Shown here piece by piece: positions 9,012-18,278 of a stretch of 32,376 nt of DNA (position 1 is its first letter; each line of letters begins with the position of its first letter). The stretch is from NCBI GenBank assembly GCA_964540975.1, contig CAZIOQ010000006.1, positions 1 to 32,376 on the forward strand. The letters run 5' to 3'. This stretch comes from an uncultured Gammaproteobacteria bacterium. Lineage in GTDB: Bacteria; Patescibacteriota; Microgenomatia; UBA12405; UBA6130. A program made the position numbers and the translations under genes. The notes beneath the pieces were generated by a model. The model ran no database searches and was not told the DNA's origin. It was given only the letters and a program-made list of their open reading frames with translations.

Positions 9012-11258
9012 TTACGGTGGGCTGACCATCTTCACATCATATTCATAAGCTTCATTCCAACCATAAGAACCATAAATTGTCCCTATTTTTGATCCTGGCG
9101 GATTCTTATTACCAACCTCGTATTCAACCCTTGTCTGGGCATGTTCTAAATTATGGCCCTCTCCCGGCAAGGTAAAAGGCAAAGAAACCTCCTGGCGGAA
9201 TTTGATCTCCGAAGCTTTGGTATAGGGATGAGAAATATAAGGAAAGACAACATATTCTTTCAAGTCATATTCTCTCTCTTCCCATTTGTCTATTATTTTT
9301 CCCAACTCATCTTTAAGCTCTCGCCATATTTGCTTAATCAAAATACTCAAAACACCAGTGACATTGGCTATTCCTCTGGTGGGAACTGGTTCTTTGGCGA
9401 TCTCGCCCTTGCCACGATCATAGGCACCAATCTCACAAAGAGGCGGAGGAGGGGGGGTAATCGGCACCGCTCCCTCAAAGCTGCAACTACCACTCCCTTT
9501 TGAGCCAACAACCAAATCGCAAGAACTAACAATTGTCGGATGATCTTGAATATCAAGGTTTAAAGCTCTTACGGTAACCAGGCAATTCCCAGCAGGACAG
9601 GAAAAAGAAAAATGATAAGTATTTGGTGCCTCCTCTAGCCCAGGAACAGCATTGATCCCCACGAATTGGTCATTGACCCAAACCCACATATGGCCATAGC
9701 GCTCACTGCCTTTAATATTAATTTCACAATTGACATTGCCACCACTCGCCGTACAAGAAGAAGGGCTTAAAATGAATTTAAATCCTTGCTCGCTTTCGGC
9801 CAAAACACTCCCTTCGGTAATAATCACTCCTTGGTCTTTTCTTTCCTCGGCCAAAAACCCAGTTGGCTGGGGCAAATTAGCCAAAGGAGAGCGGGCAGCT
9901 CTTGTTTGACTAACAGTCATCATATCTCCATACTGATAAGTGGCTGTTGCTGCTTGTTTGTAATAACTAGGGGCATCAAACTCTATCGTGCCCCCAAACC
10001 TTGGCCATTCGGCCAGCCCTCGTTGACAATAATAAAAATCAACATAACCTTTTGAGCGATTTTTGCTCGTCAAATTGGGATTTTGGGGCAAATTAATTTT
10101 CTCAAAAGCAAAATCTACGGTTGAAGCAAGAAAATTTATTTTTGCCGTCTCGAAATAGGTTAAAATTATTCTTCTTATTTTTTCCTTTGCTTCTCTTAAT
10201 ACCCCTGCTTCATCTTCTTTTCCGATAACAACAAAAGGCTCACCCCTAGTCCAACCCCAATCAATTCCTTGCTCTTGATCTGGAGGTGGGGTGGGAGTAA
10301 TTGGGGTGAAATCAAATCTATCTAAAAACCCTTCAGGCAATTTTCCGCCAAAGATTGCTTCTAAAAAAGCGATCAATTCTTTTTTTGGTCTGCCGGAGGC
10401 ATCTACCAAACCAAAATTGTTTTTCATCGCATCGGACCAAGCATACCACATAATTGATTGTAATTTCTGTTTAAGGTTAGGGTCTTGGGCCAAATTGAAA
10501 ACCGCTTTTATCCAATCAGCTTGTTTTTGCTGATCTGGTGTCCCTAAACCAAATTCTGTAATCCAAACAGGCAAACCAGTGGTATTAGCCAAAGTTAAAA
10601 TGCCATTTCTCACCCCATTGATGTCATCAAGATAAGGGTGATAACTAATCCCATCAGCAGGCAACAAATTGTTCCTGCTTAAGGCCGTAAGTTGGGCAAT
10701 ATAATTTAAATCTCCCGAAACCAAACCAGCAGTGATGACTTCGGCATTAGTGGTGCCTTTGATTGCCTCGTAGGCACTGGCCAAAATTGTGTAATATTGG
10801 CTGGCAGTTAAAGGAATTGTCCCTGTTTGACCATCCGGCTCATTCCAGATCTGATAAATTGCCTGATTTTTGTATTCTTGGACTGCCGGTAAAACGACGT
10901 TGTTTTTGAATCTTTCTGAATAATTAGCGATGTCTTCCCTGCTGTCATACCAAGCTTGATCATTGGCCTCCCAATTTAAAACCAAAACTGGCGTTATTCC
11001 GGCAGTAATCAGATTAGCAATATAATTTTTGGTATTTTCATCGTCCCGATAGACAACCCTGACCATCCCAATGCCCATTTCGCTTAATTGTCTTGGTTCA
11101 GGCCGAGCATTGGGGTTAGTTGGATCAACGGAAACACCGGCAAAATTTTTTGGTTCTTGGGCAAAAACTGCTTTTTGAGGAAAAAACAAGAAAAGGAGCA
11201 AAAAAAAGCTCACCCTGGCTAAACAAACACTATTTTTTAAAAACCAAAAACATTTCAT
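9012..11258 (-). CDS. Secreted clan GH-A glycoside hydrolase (GH5/GH39-like TIM barrel) with Pro/Thr linker and long Cys-containing C-terminal region
   Basis: Signal peptide ending AVFA. IWNEPD (acid/base), ISYHPY, VWITEFG (nucleophile), MWYAW, FGLVD. TPITPTPPP linker. Confidence 0.8.
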   Translation of the reverse strand: MKCFWFLKNSVCLARVSFFLLLFLFFPQKAVFAQEPKNFAGVSVDPTNPNARPEPRQLSEMGIGMVRVVYRDDENTKNYIANLITAGITPVLVLNWEANDQAWYDSREDIANYSERFKNNVVLPAVQEYKNQAIYQIWNEPDGQTGTIPLTASQYYTILASAYEAIKGTTNAEVITAGLVSGDLNYIAQLTALSRNNLLPADGISYHPYLDDINGVRNGILTLANTTGLPVWITEFGLGTPDQQKQADWIKAVFNLAQDPNLKQKLQSIMWYAWSDAMKNNFGLVDASGRPKKELIAFLEAIFGGKLPEGFLDRFDFTPITPTPPPDQEQGIDWGWTRGEPFVVIGKEDEAGVLREAKEKIRRIILTYFETAKINFLASTVDFAFEKINLPQNPNLTSKNRSKGYVDFYYCQRGLAEWPRFGGTIEFDAPSYYKQAATATYQYGDMMTVSQTRAARSPLANLPQPTGFLAEERKDQGVIITEGSVLAESEQGFKFILSPSSCTASGGNVNCEINIKGSERYGHMWVWVNDQFVGINAVPGLEEAPNTYHFSFSCPAGNCLVTVRALNLDIQDHPTIVSSCDLVVGSKGSGSCSFEGAVPITPPPPPLCEIGAYDRGKGEIAKEPVPTRGIANVTGVLSILIKQIWRELKDELGKIIDKWEEREYDLKEYVVFPYISHPYTKASEIKFRQEVSLPFTLPGEGHNLEHAQTRVEYEVGNKNPPGSKIGTIYGSYGWNEAYEYDVKMVSPP

Positions 11259-11301
11259 CTTTTTTAAAATCCAATTTTGTCATTGAATTTCTCTTCCAAG
11301 C

Positions 11302-11649
11302 TTATGGGCCAATCTTAAATTCAGTTAGTTTAAATCCTGTCAGGTATTCTATAAATCTTAAGATCAGCCAAGAAAGGCTAGCTAAAACCAAACCAACAAC
11401 CGCATAAGTAGCGGTATTTTTTGCTTTTTTAATTTGTTCCCGCTCTCCGCCGGCAGTAATCAGCTGAAAACCAGCAACCACAACCATCGCCCCTACGGCT
11501 AAACCCAAAAGTGGCAAGGCCACCAAAAGGACATTTTGTAACAAACACTCAAAACCTTTTAGCGTTGCCACTCCTTGCTCAACACACTGATTTGGTCCTT
11601 CTGACCATGGTTGAGGCCCACCGGCAAAAACCAACAATTGCCAAAACAT
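11302..11649 (-). CDS. VirB2/TrbC-like pilin 6
   Basis: Two TM helices joined by AGFQLITAGGEREQIKKAKNTATYAVVGL. Confidence 0.85.
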   Translation of the reverse strand: MFWQLLVFAGGPQPWSEGPNQCVEQGVATLKGFECLLQNVLLVALPLLGLAVGAMVVVAGFQLITAGGEREQIKKAKNTATYAVVGLVLASLSWLILRFIEYLTGFKLTEFKIGP

Positions 11650-11659
11650 ATCTTATTAT

Positions 11660-12040
11660 TTATGATGATGACTGCTGAACAATCGAAGGGACAGTAAACT
11701 TTAATAAATCAATACCAAATATTGTTCCCAGCAAGTTAATCACTGCCCAAGCAGCAAAAACAATAACTAACCCAATCAAAGCATTGGTTATTTGAGCTTT
11801 GGCTGCCTTAACCTTGTTTTCATCGCCACCAGCAGTAATCCATTTAATCCCGCTGATTACCAAAATAAAAAAGAATACTAAAGAGGCAACAATCAAAACT
11901 GCTGTCACTAAAAAGCTAACCAGATTCGAAACATTTATCTTGCCTAATGACGCAAAAGCTGCTGGCGCTCCAAGCTCTATTTCTGACCCTGGAGTTTGCG
12001 CCGCCTCAACAAAAAAAGATTTTATTAATGGCAAATTCAT
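11660..12040 (-). CDS. VirB2/TrbC-like pilin 5
   Basis: Core GIKWITAGGDENKVKAAKAQITNALIGL. ATG 12040 follows an SD-like AAAGGGGGTG (track start GTG 12049). Confidence 0.87.
   Translation of the reverse strand: MNLPLIKSFFVEAAQTPGSEIELGAPAAFASLGKINVSNLVSFLVTAVLIVASLVFFFILVISGIKWITAGGDENKVKAAKAQITNALIGLVIVFAAWAVINLLGTIFGIDLLKFTVPSIVQQSSS
11772..11853. repeat. 82-bp exact direct repeat, copy 1 (pilin core)
   Basis: Identical base for base to 12180-12261; the flanks diverge immediately. Confidence 0.95.
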
Positions 12041-12076
12041 TATTTTCACCCCCTTTCTTGATTAATCTTATCAAAT

Positions 12077-12430
12077 TTATAAAGTTGGCACTTTAATCAA
12101 AAGTTCTTGCAAAGATTCAAGGCCAAAAAACAGGCCAATTAATTTTAAAATAGCAAAGAGACAAAAAACAACTAACAAGCCAATCAAAGCATTGGTTATT
12201 TGAGCTTTGGCTGCCTTAACCTTGTTTTCATCGCCACCAGCAGTAATCCATTTAATCCCGCCAAGAATAAAAACAAAAAAGAAAAAAAGAATTGCTATTA
12301 AAAATGCCCAACTTAAGGCGAATTGAATTAATTTATTGACAAAACCAACTTCTCCTTTGCTCCACTCCTCAGGCAAAATCGGATTTTCAATCTCCTGTGC
12401 CTTAACCGAGAAAAACAAAATCTTTTTCAT
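12077..12430 (-). CDS. VirB2/TrbC-like pilin 4
   Basis: Core GIKWITAGGDENKVKAAKAQITNALIGL; N-terminal IENP motif. Confidence 0.87.
   Translation of the reverse strand: MKKILFFSVKAQEIENPILPEEWSKGEVGFVNKLIQFALSWAFLIAILFFFFVFILGGIKWITAGGDENKVKAAKAQITNALIGLLVVFCLFAILKLIGLFFGLESLQELLIKVPTL
12180..12261. repeat. 82-bp exact direct repeat, copy 2 (pilin core)
   Basis: Identical to 11772-11853 (offset 408 bp). Confidence 0.95.
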
Positions 12431-12432
12431 TT

Positions 12433-12804
12433 TTAAAGATTTAATTTAGAAACCAAAGTATTTAAATTTAAAATATCAATTCCAAACAAAATATTCCCGA
12501 TTAAAGAAACAACAAAAACCGCTCCTAAAACAATTAGCAAGCCAACAAAACTCATTGTTAATTTTTGTTTAGCCACTTGGATTTTTTGGGCCTCTCCACC
12601 GGCGCTCATCAGTTGATAACCAGCAACAATAATTGAAAAAATAACCCGAATTATGGCGATAATTGCCAAAAAGCCAATTATTAAAGAGATGACTTTTGCC
12701 ACCCAATCAATTGGTTTGGCTAAAGTCGATCCCTCGCCTAATTTGCCTAACCCTTCAAGCTGTGGCCCCAAATTAATTGCTGCTGCATAAGCTTCTTTAA
12801 TCAT
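12433..12804 (-). CDS. VirB2/TrbC-like pilin 3
   Basis: AGYQLMSAGGEAQKIQVAKQKLTMSFVGL between two TM helices. Confidence 0.85.
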   Translation of the reverse strand: MIKEAYAAAINLGPQLEGLGKLGEGSTLAKPIDWVAKVISLIIGFLAIIAIIRVIFSIIVAGYQLMSAGGEAQKIQVAKQKLTMSFVGLLIVLGAVFVVSLIGNILFGIDILNLNTLVSKLNL

Positions 12805-12841
12805 TTTTAAATCATCCTCTAGGCTAAACTAATTAATAATA

Positions 12842-13219
12842 TCACGGTGTATAAATTTTTAATTGCAAAAATATCATTGGATCACCAAAAACTAACTGGC
12901 CAGCAAGGGCAGCTAACAAAAATGCCGCCGCAATAATCACCACCCCTAGCAAACTATGCCAAATTTTTGTCCACGCTTCTTCGACTTTTTTTGGATCTCC
13001 TCCCGAAGCCAGCAGTTGATAACCAGCGGTAATAAAATTGAAAACAGCAAACAAGCCAGCAGCAACAATTAAAATTTTTATTAAATTGTTAATCAAAACT
13101 ACTAATCCTCCTCCCGCTCCGCCGCCTTTAACAATAAGCGATCGTAACTCAGGAGGAGGAGTAATTTCGCCATAAAATGGTGTTTGTGCCCAAGCGGTAA
13201 TATTAAACCAGGATCTCAT
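12842..13219 (-). CDS. VirB2/TrbC-like pilin 2
   Basis: AGYQLLASGGDPKKVEEAWTKIWHSLLG; ATGA overlap with pilin 1. Confidence 0.85.
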   Translation of the reverse strand: MRSWFNITAWAQTPFYGEITPPPELRSLIVKGGGAGGGLVVLINNLIKILIVAAGLFAVFNFITAGYQLLASGGDPKKVEEAWTKIWHSLLGVVIIAAAFLLAALAGQLVFGDPMIFLQLKIYTP

Positions 13220-13554
13220 GCTGGTGGTCCTAAAATATTAACCTTAGTGATTACCTGAATTATTTGCATTATAAAATAAGCGCTGATCACAATCAAAAAA
13301 CCAATCAGCGCCCAAGTAATTGTTTTTTTGCTTTTTTCTAATTTTTCTGGATTTTGATTGCCTGCTCCAATAATAAAACTTAACGCACCGGCAATCAAGA
13401 GGATCAAAAACAAAAATCCAGCCAAGTAAAAGGCGTTGTTCAAAACTACGGTTACAAACTCACCCAGGGTTTTAAAAGGAGGATTAAAATATTGTTCCAG
13501 AGAAATACCGTCGTTACTGGCAAAAACTTCTTTAAAAAACTTAAATTTTTCCAT
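13216..13554 (-). CDS. VirB2/TrbC-like pilin 1
   Basis: GALSFIIGAGNQNPEKLEKSKKTITWALIGFLIV. Confidence 0.85.
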   Translation of the reverse strand: MEKFKFFKEVFASNDGISLEQYFNPPFKTLGEFVTVVLNNAFYLAGFLFLILLIAGALSFIIGAGNQNPEKLEKSKKTITWALIGFLIVISAYFIMQIIQVITKVNILGPPA

Positions 13555-13560
13555 TAAAAC

Positions 13561-13566
13561 ATTATA
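13561..13566 (-). promoter_or_regulatory. -10 box (TATAAT) for the pilin operon, positioned for a leaderless mRNA
   Basis: TATAAT-GTTTTA-ATG: 6 nt to the start codon and no SD. Confidence 0.6.
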
Positions 13567-13570
13567 CTAT

Positions 13571-13669
13571 AAATTCAAAATGTAAAATGAAAAATTTTTC
13601 TTTTATTCTTTTTTCTTCTTTTTCCCTCTCATTTTGACTTTTTGATATTTGATTTTTGCATCTTGATTT
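13571..13669. repeat. Heptamer-based (TCAAAAT / ATTTTGA) imperfect inverted repeat overlapping the trxB 3' end
   Basis: 13571-13597 matches 24348-24374 at 24/27 nt. 13640-13658 matches 24431-24449 at 17/19 nt. Confidence 0.55.
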
Positions 13670-14577
13670 CTTAAATATTCTACTGCTCTGACTCCGGCCA
13701 TACAGCCCAAACCAGTAGCCACGGAAAGCTGTTTGTAAAAAGGATCGACCACATCGCCAGCAGCAAAAACACCCTCAACCGAGGTAAAAACATTATTTTT
13801 GACTTTGATGAATCCCTCTTGGTCAAGTTGAACCTGATTGGCTAAAAATTCTGTATTAGGAAAACTGCCAATCGCCAAAAACAGACCATCAATAACTAAT
13901 TCTTTTCTGGTTCTTTCTAAAACATCAGTCAAAACAATCTTTTCTAATCTTTCCTGGCCAACAATTTTGACCACCACCTTGTTGTATAGAACCTGAATTT
14001 TAGGTTGAGAAAAAATCTTTTTTTGGATTGCCTGACTGGCTCTAAATTCATTGCGGCGATGAATAAGATAAACTTTTTTCGCCACTTGAGCTAGAGCTAA
14101 GGCATCAGTCAAAGCAGTATCACCGCCGCCGACCACAGCGACGGTTTTTCCCCGGTAAAAAGGCGCATCGCAAATGGCACAGGTAGAAATCCCTTTCCCA
14201 ATTAATTTTTTTTCCTCAGGTAAGCCCAAAGGCCTAGGCATTGTCCCGGTGGCGATAATGACGGACAAAGCCTCAAGCAGTTGATTATTATCCAAAAAGA
14301 TTTTTTTTGGTTTTGCTTTAAAATCAACTCTTACTGCTTCGCCAGTTAAAAACCTTGCTCTAAATTTTTTTGCTTGTTCTTTAATCTTGGCCACCAGTTG
14401 GGGACCATCAATCCCCTCAGGAAAACCAGGATAATTTTCTACCTTGGTGGTTAACATTGGCTGGCCACCAGGCAATCTGCCTTCTACCACTAAAGGAGCA
14501 AAGCCTGCTCTCCCGGCATAAATTGCCGCTGTTAATCCTGCCGGACCACTACCAAGAATAATTAATTTATAAACCAT
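13603..14577 (-). CDS. trxB: Thioredoxin-disulfide reductase
   Basis: GSGPAGLTAAIY, VENYPGF, CAICD active site, VGGGDTA, HRR, FAAGDV. Confidence 0.96.
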   Translation of the reverse strand: MVYKLIILGSGPAGLTAAIYAGRAGFAPLVVEGRLPGGQPMLTTKVENYPGFPEGIDGPQLVAKIKEQAKKFRARFLTGEAVRVDFKAKPKKIFLDNNQLLEALSVIIATGTMPRPLGLPEEKKLIGKGISTCAICDAPFYRGKTVAVVGGGDTALTDALALAQVAKKVYLIHRRNEFRASQAIQKKIFSQPKIQVLYNKVVVKIVGQERLEKIVLTDVLERTRKELVIDGLFLAIGSFPNTEFLANQVQLDQEGFIKVKNNVFTSVEGVFAAGDVVDPFYKQLSVATGLGCMAGVRAVEYLRNQDAKIKYQKVKMRGKKKKKE

Positions 14578-14616
14578 TTGATCAAAAATTCTTTTTAAGC
14601 CAACTAACTTTCCCTT

Positions 14617-15846
14617 TTATCCATTAAGAGTCTCTAAAAACTCCTTATTATCTTTTGTTTTTCTTAATCTTTCTAAAAAAGCATCGGTCCTTTCCTCTTT
14701 GTCTAAAAGGTCAATCATTCTTCTCATTCTCACAATTTTCTCATAAATTTTTGGCTCAAACAAAAGTTCTTCTTTTCTTGTTCCTGATCTTTGAATATCA
14801 ATTGCCGGAAAAATTCTTCTTTCCGCCAAACTCCGATCCAAATGAAGTTCCATATTGCCGGTGCCTTTAAATTCCTCATAAATCAAATCATCCATTTTGC
14901 TCCCCGTGTCAATTAAAGCAGTACCAACAATCGTTAACGAGCCTCCATCTTCAATATTGCGAGCTGCTCCAAAAAATCTTTTGGCCGGATACAAAGCGGC
15001 TGGGTCAAACCCACCACTTAAGGTTCTTCCTGAAGAAGGCATTGAAAGATTATAAGCCCGGGCTAATCTAGTAATAGAATCCAAAATAATAAAGACGTCT
15101 TTGCCCATTTCTACCAATCTTTTCGCTCTTTCAATCGCAATCTCTGCTGCTCGGGTTTGATATTCTGGTGGCTCATCAAAATTTGAGGCCACCACTTCTC
15201 CTTTCACGCTTCTGATGATATCAGTTACTTCTTCTGGTCTTTCGCCGATTAGAACCGCCATCAAGTGAATCTTAGGATAATTTTTGGCCACTCCGTGGGC
15301 AATGTCTTTTAATAACCAGGTTTTGCCTGCCTTAGGAGGAGAAACAACTAGTCCTCTTTGGCCAAAGCCAATCGGCGCCACCAAATCAATCACCCTGGCA
15401 GAAATTGCTTCTGATCCAGTTTCAAGCTTGATTTGAGGCTGAGGAAAAATTGGGGTTAGTTCTTGAAACCAAGGCCTCTGACTTAGTTTTTCTACCGCCA
15501 CCCCATTAATCTTTTCTATTCTTAAAATTCCATAATAACGCTCATTTTCCTTTGGTGCTCTCACCTGACCACCAACCATATCTCCTTCTCGGATTTTAAA
15601 TCTTCTTATTTGGGAAGCAGAAATATAAATGTCTTTGTTTGAAGGAGTAAATTTTGGCCGCAAAAAACCATGGCCTTCCGGGGCTAAATCCAAAACTCCC
15701 TCAACGTATTCCGTTGGCAAGTGAGCATCAGGAATCACCCGCCCATCAACTTCAAATGGTTTCCCTTCTCCTAAATTGTTCTCCCCTGACAAATTCTCTT
15801 TTTTCAAATCATCAGCAGTGATCAATTCGTCTTTTTTTGCCATCAT
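14617..15846 (-). CDS. rho: Transcription termination factor Rho
   Basis: [31 protein letters not shown] (Walker A), [23 protein letters not shown]; SD AAGGAGG upstream. Confidence 0.98.
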   Translation of the reverse strand: MMAKKDELITADDLKKENLSGENNLGEGKPFEVDGRVIPDAHLPTEYVEGVLDLAPEGHGFLRPKFTPSNKDIYISASQIRRFKIREGDMVGGQVRAPKENERYYGILRIEKINGVAVEKLSQRPWFQELTPIFPQPQIKLETGSEAISARVIDLVAPIGFGQRGLVVSPPKAGKTWLLKDIAHGVAKNYPKIHLMAVLIGERPEEVTDIIRSVKGEVVASNFDEPPEYQTRAAEIAIERAKRLVEMGKDVFIILDSITRLARAYNLSMPSSGRTLSGGFDPAALYPAKRFFGAARNIEDGGSLTIVGTALIDTGSKMDDLIYEEFKGTGNMELHLDRSLAERRIFPAIDIQRSGTRKEELLFEPKIYEKIVRMRRMIDLLDKEERTDAFLERLRKTKDNKEFLETLNG

Positions 15847-16083
15847 CGCCTCCTTTAAAAATTAAATAAATATTCTTGAAGTCCTCTAACTAAAAACTCT
15901 GGGAAAAGACTTTTTGTTTTGTTAAATAATAATGAAGCACAACTTAATTCCTATTGCTTTATTGAAACACATCTTCTTTGTTTTGTCAATGACAGTTCGA
16001 TGCCTTAAAAGCAGTTCTATCTTGAAATCCAAAATCGTCTGCTTATTGACTAATTTCTAATTAAGCTAAAAAATGGCCAAATC

Positions 16084-16758
16084 TTACTGCCAAACAATCT
16101 CATGAATTCCTGGGTCAACTCCTTTGTCTTGTATCCAGTCCAAAACCTCCTGCTTAATCCTGGTTTTGTCTTGACCTTTAATCTTCACTCCCAACTTCAA
16201 CGGCCCTAAATAATTGGCAGCAAAATCATTGTTTTCAAAAGGCAAATATTTGATCAAAGGATAATATCTGATTAACCGGTTAACTATTTCTTCCACTTCT
16301 CTTGGATTACCAGCACCGCTTAATGGCGTGGGTGAAATTTCTTGAAAAGGAGAAATTTTGGCTGTTGGTTGAGGTGAAATTATTTCTTCTTCTTCTTCTG
16401 GCAATTTATAAGACCAGGAATAAAGCTGTTTTTCTTGATACCAAATTTCAAAAAAATAACTTCCCTGCTCAAGAGGCGGCAAGAAATTTATTTTTAATTG
16501 ATCATCAGCAACAATTTTTTCAAAATTAACACTGGGGGTAATTTTGACCTGAATTCTGGCTAGTTGATCCGCAGTTGATTGGCTAAAAACTATTTTCACT
16601 TGAGAGACTGGTGAAGAAATTGCTCCTGGTAAAGGCTCAAGGCTGATTACTTTTGGGAAAATTGCCGGTGCTTGGCTGGTCCATTTGATAATTGCCAATA
16701 AACTGGCTAAAAAAGCCAAAAAGATCACCAGCCAATATTTTTTAACAAATTGTTTCAT
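16084..16758 (-). CDS. Membrane-anchored hypothetical protein with an Ig-like (Big-type) domain
   Basis: N-terminal TM helix, then PKVISLEP ... VKIVFSQ ... LKINFLPPL..GSY beta-sandwich pattern and S/P/T linker. TAATG coupling to the upstream gene. Confidence 0.55.
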   Translation of the reverse strand: MKQFVKKYWLVIFLAFLASLLAIIKWTSQAPAIFPKVISLEPLPGAISSPVSQVKIVFSQSTADQLARIQVKITPSVNFEKIVADDQLKINFLPPLEQGSYFFEIWYQEKQLYSWSYKLPEEEEEIISPQPTAKISPFQEISPTPLSGAGNPREVEEIVNRLIRYYPLIKYLPFENNDFAANYLGPLKLGVKIKGQDKTRIKQEVLDWIQDKGVDPGIHEIVWQ

Positions 16759-18278
16759 TATTTAAGAATAACATAACCTTTAAGTTCTATCTCCTGCGCA
16801 GTTAAAGGAACGGTGGCAACAACCCCGGTATAACCATCAGCGGCAGTAATCCAGATATTGGGAATCTCGCCCCTGACCGTTCCCCATTCTACCCTCGTCA
16901 CCACGGCAATATGACCATCTTTAGTGTTATGAACCACATTATCACCCACTTTTATTTCTTTAAAATTGGTGTGGTGAGGAAGAAGACTAACATATTCAGC
17001 TGCTCTAGCCACTGACGGCAAGTTTGGTTCCGCCACTCTTTTAAATCCAACACACTGCAGTTTACCGTAACTGGCAACCGAGCGCTTAATTTCTTCCCAG
17101 GCACCTGGCACCGATACTTCTAATTTTTCTTTCAAACAATTTTCTTGTTCTTGAAGAGTCCGAGAATTGACCACGCCGTTTTTTATGCACTCCCTAATAA
17201 TCTGCTCGGTCATTGCTGCCCGCCAAGCAGCTGACCCCCGAGTCAAGCCAGCGGGATCGAGATCCACCCTCACCTTTTCCAAATCAGTTAAAAACTGCTC
17301 TAAAGCCAAACTCTCACTTTGAGAAACCCAAAGACTGCTGCCAAGAATTCCTGCTCCAAAAATAATCAAAACTGCCAACAAAATCGGCAAACCAACAAAA
17401 ACTGCCACTAAAATCAACCAAAGACTTTTATCTGATTTCTCCTCTGCTTGAGCTTGAGCAAAAATAAGGTTGTTAAAAAAAGTAGTCAAACCAGAAAAGA
17501 TTCTGCTGGTCCCTTTTTTAATCAAACTAGTAGTCCAAACCGTAGCTGTCACCAACCATCCTGGCGGACCACCACCAATGCCTAAAGCCGAACCCAGGGT
17601 GCTCATCACCCCTTTACCTCCAGTAACCACTGCTGCCTTAGCACCAGTTTTTAAAAATTGTTTTGCGCCAATAAAAAGCGTTTTTTGGCCGACCAAACCA
17701 ACAAATCTTTTTCCTGCTGCTGGTAAAAAAAACCGTTTTTCTCTTCTTACTCCTTCTGGCTCTTTAAAAAAGCTGCCGGTCAATCTTTTTGCCAACCAGC
17801 CGATTTGATAAAAACTAGAATGAGTAACCTGCCGAATTGTTTTTTCTTGCTGTTTTAAAGGGGTCAGCCAAAAAGAATCAACTGTTTTTGCTAAGGAATT
17901 GATTGTCGCCACAATTTTTCTGTTTTCTTTTGGCGAGCGGAAAAAAGCTTTGGCCGCTTGAATCTTCTGCCAACTGGCTGATTCTTCTTTTTGCAAAAAA
18001 AATGCTTTGGCAAATTCAGGATTTGATTTTGCCTGGGAAATTTTTTCCTCCAAAGCAGCAATTGTTGGCGGCAAGGTTGGCAATTGTTCTTCTGACAAAT
18101 CTACTTGCTGATCACTAAGAAAAAGCCTTCTTAAGAGCATTGGCAAGGTTTTGATCGCCTCCGGAGTAATTCTTGTTTTTTGACTAAATTCTTGCCAATC
18201 AGGCGAAACTTTTTCTAAATCCTGCCAGATGTTAATCACTGATGCTGGTGGTAAATCAAGGTTTTCTTTCTTTGTCAT
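16758..18278 (-). CDS. Membrane protein with a C-terminal CHAP-like (Cys/His) amidase domain
   Basis: LQCVGF ... IKVGDNVV ... GHIAVV; TM helix LWLILVAVFVGLPILLAVLIIFGAG; Gly/Ala-rich middle region. ATG at 18278 preferred over track start 18299. Confidence 0.65.
   Translation of the reverse strand: MTKKENLDLPPASVINIWQDLEKVSPDWQEFSQKTRITPEAIKTLPMLLRRLFLSDQQVDLSEEQLPTLPPTIAALEEKISQAKSNPEFAKAFFLQKEESASWQKIQAAKAFFRSPKENRKIVATINSLAKTVDSFWLTPLKQQEKTIRQVTHSSFYQIGWLAKRLTGSFFKEPEGVRREKRFFLPAAGKRFVGLVGQKTLFIGAKQFLKTGAKAAVVTGGKGVMSTLGSALGIGGGPPGWLVTATVWTTSLIKKGTSRIFSGLTTFFNNLIFAQAQAEEKSDKSLWLILVAVFVGLPILLAVLIIFGAGILGSSLWVSQSESLALEQFLTDLEKVRVDLDPAGLTRGSAAWRAAMTEQIIRECIKNGVVNSRTLQEQENCLKEKLEVSVPGAWEEIKRSVASYGKLQCVGFKRVAEPNLPSVARAAEYVSLLPHHTNFKEIKVGDNVVHNTKDGHIAVVTRVEWGTVRGEIPNIWITAADGYTGVVATVPLTAQEIELKGYVILK

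Noticed and set aside
11302-13554. CRISPR array or DGR template/variable repeat suggested by the repeated blocks
   Set aside because: The repeats are coding pilin cores. There is no regular spacer pattern, no adenine-specific mismatches (the copies are identical), and no cas or reverse transcriptase gene.
15961-15989. TTGACA-N17-TTCAAT as the rho promoter
   Set aside because: The -10 lacks the conserved A at position 2; not supportable.
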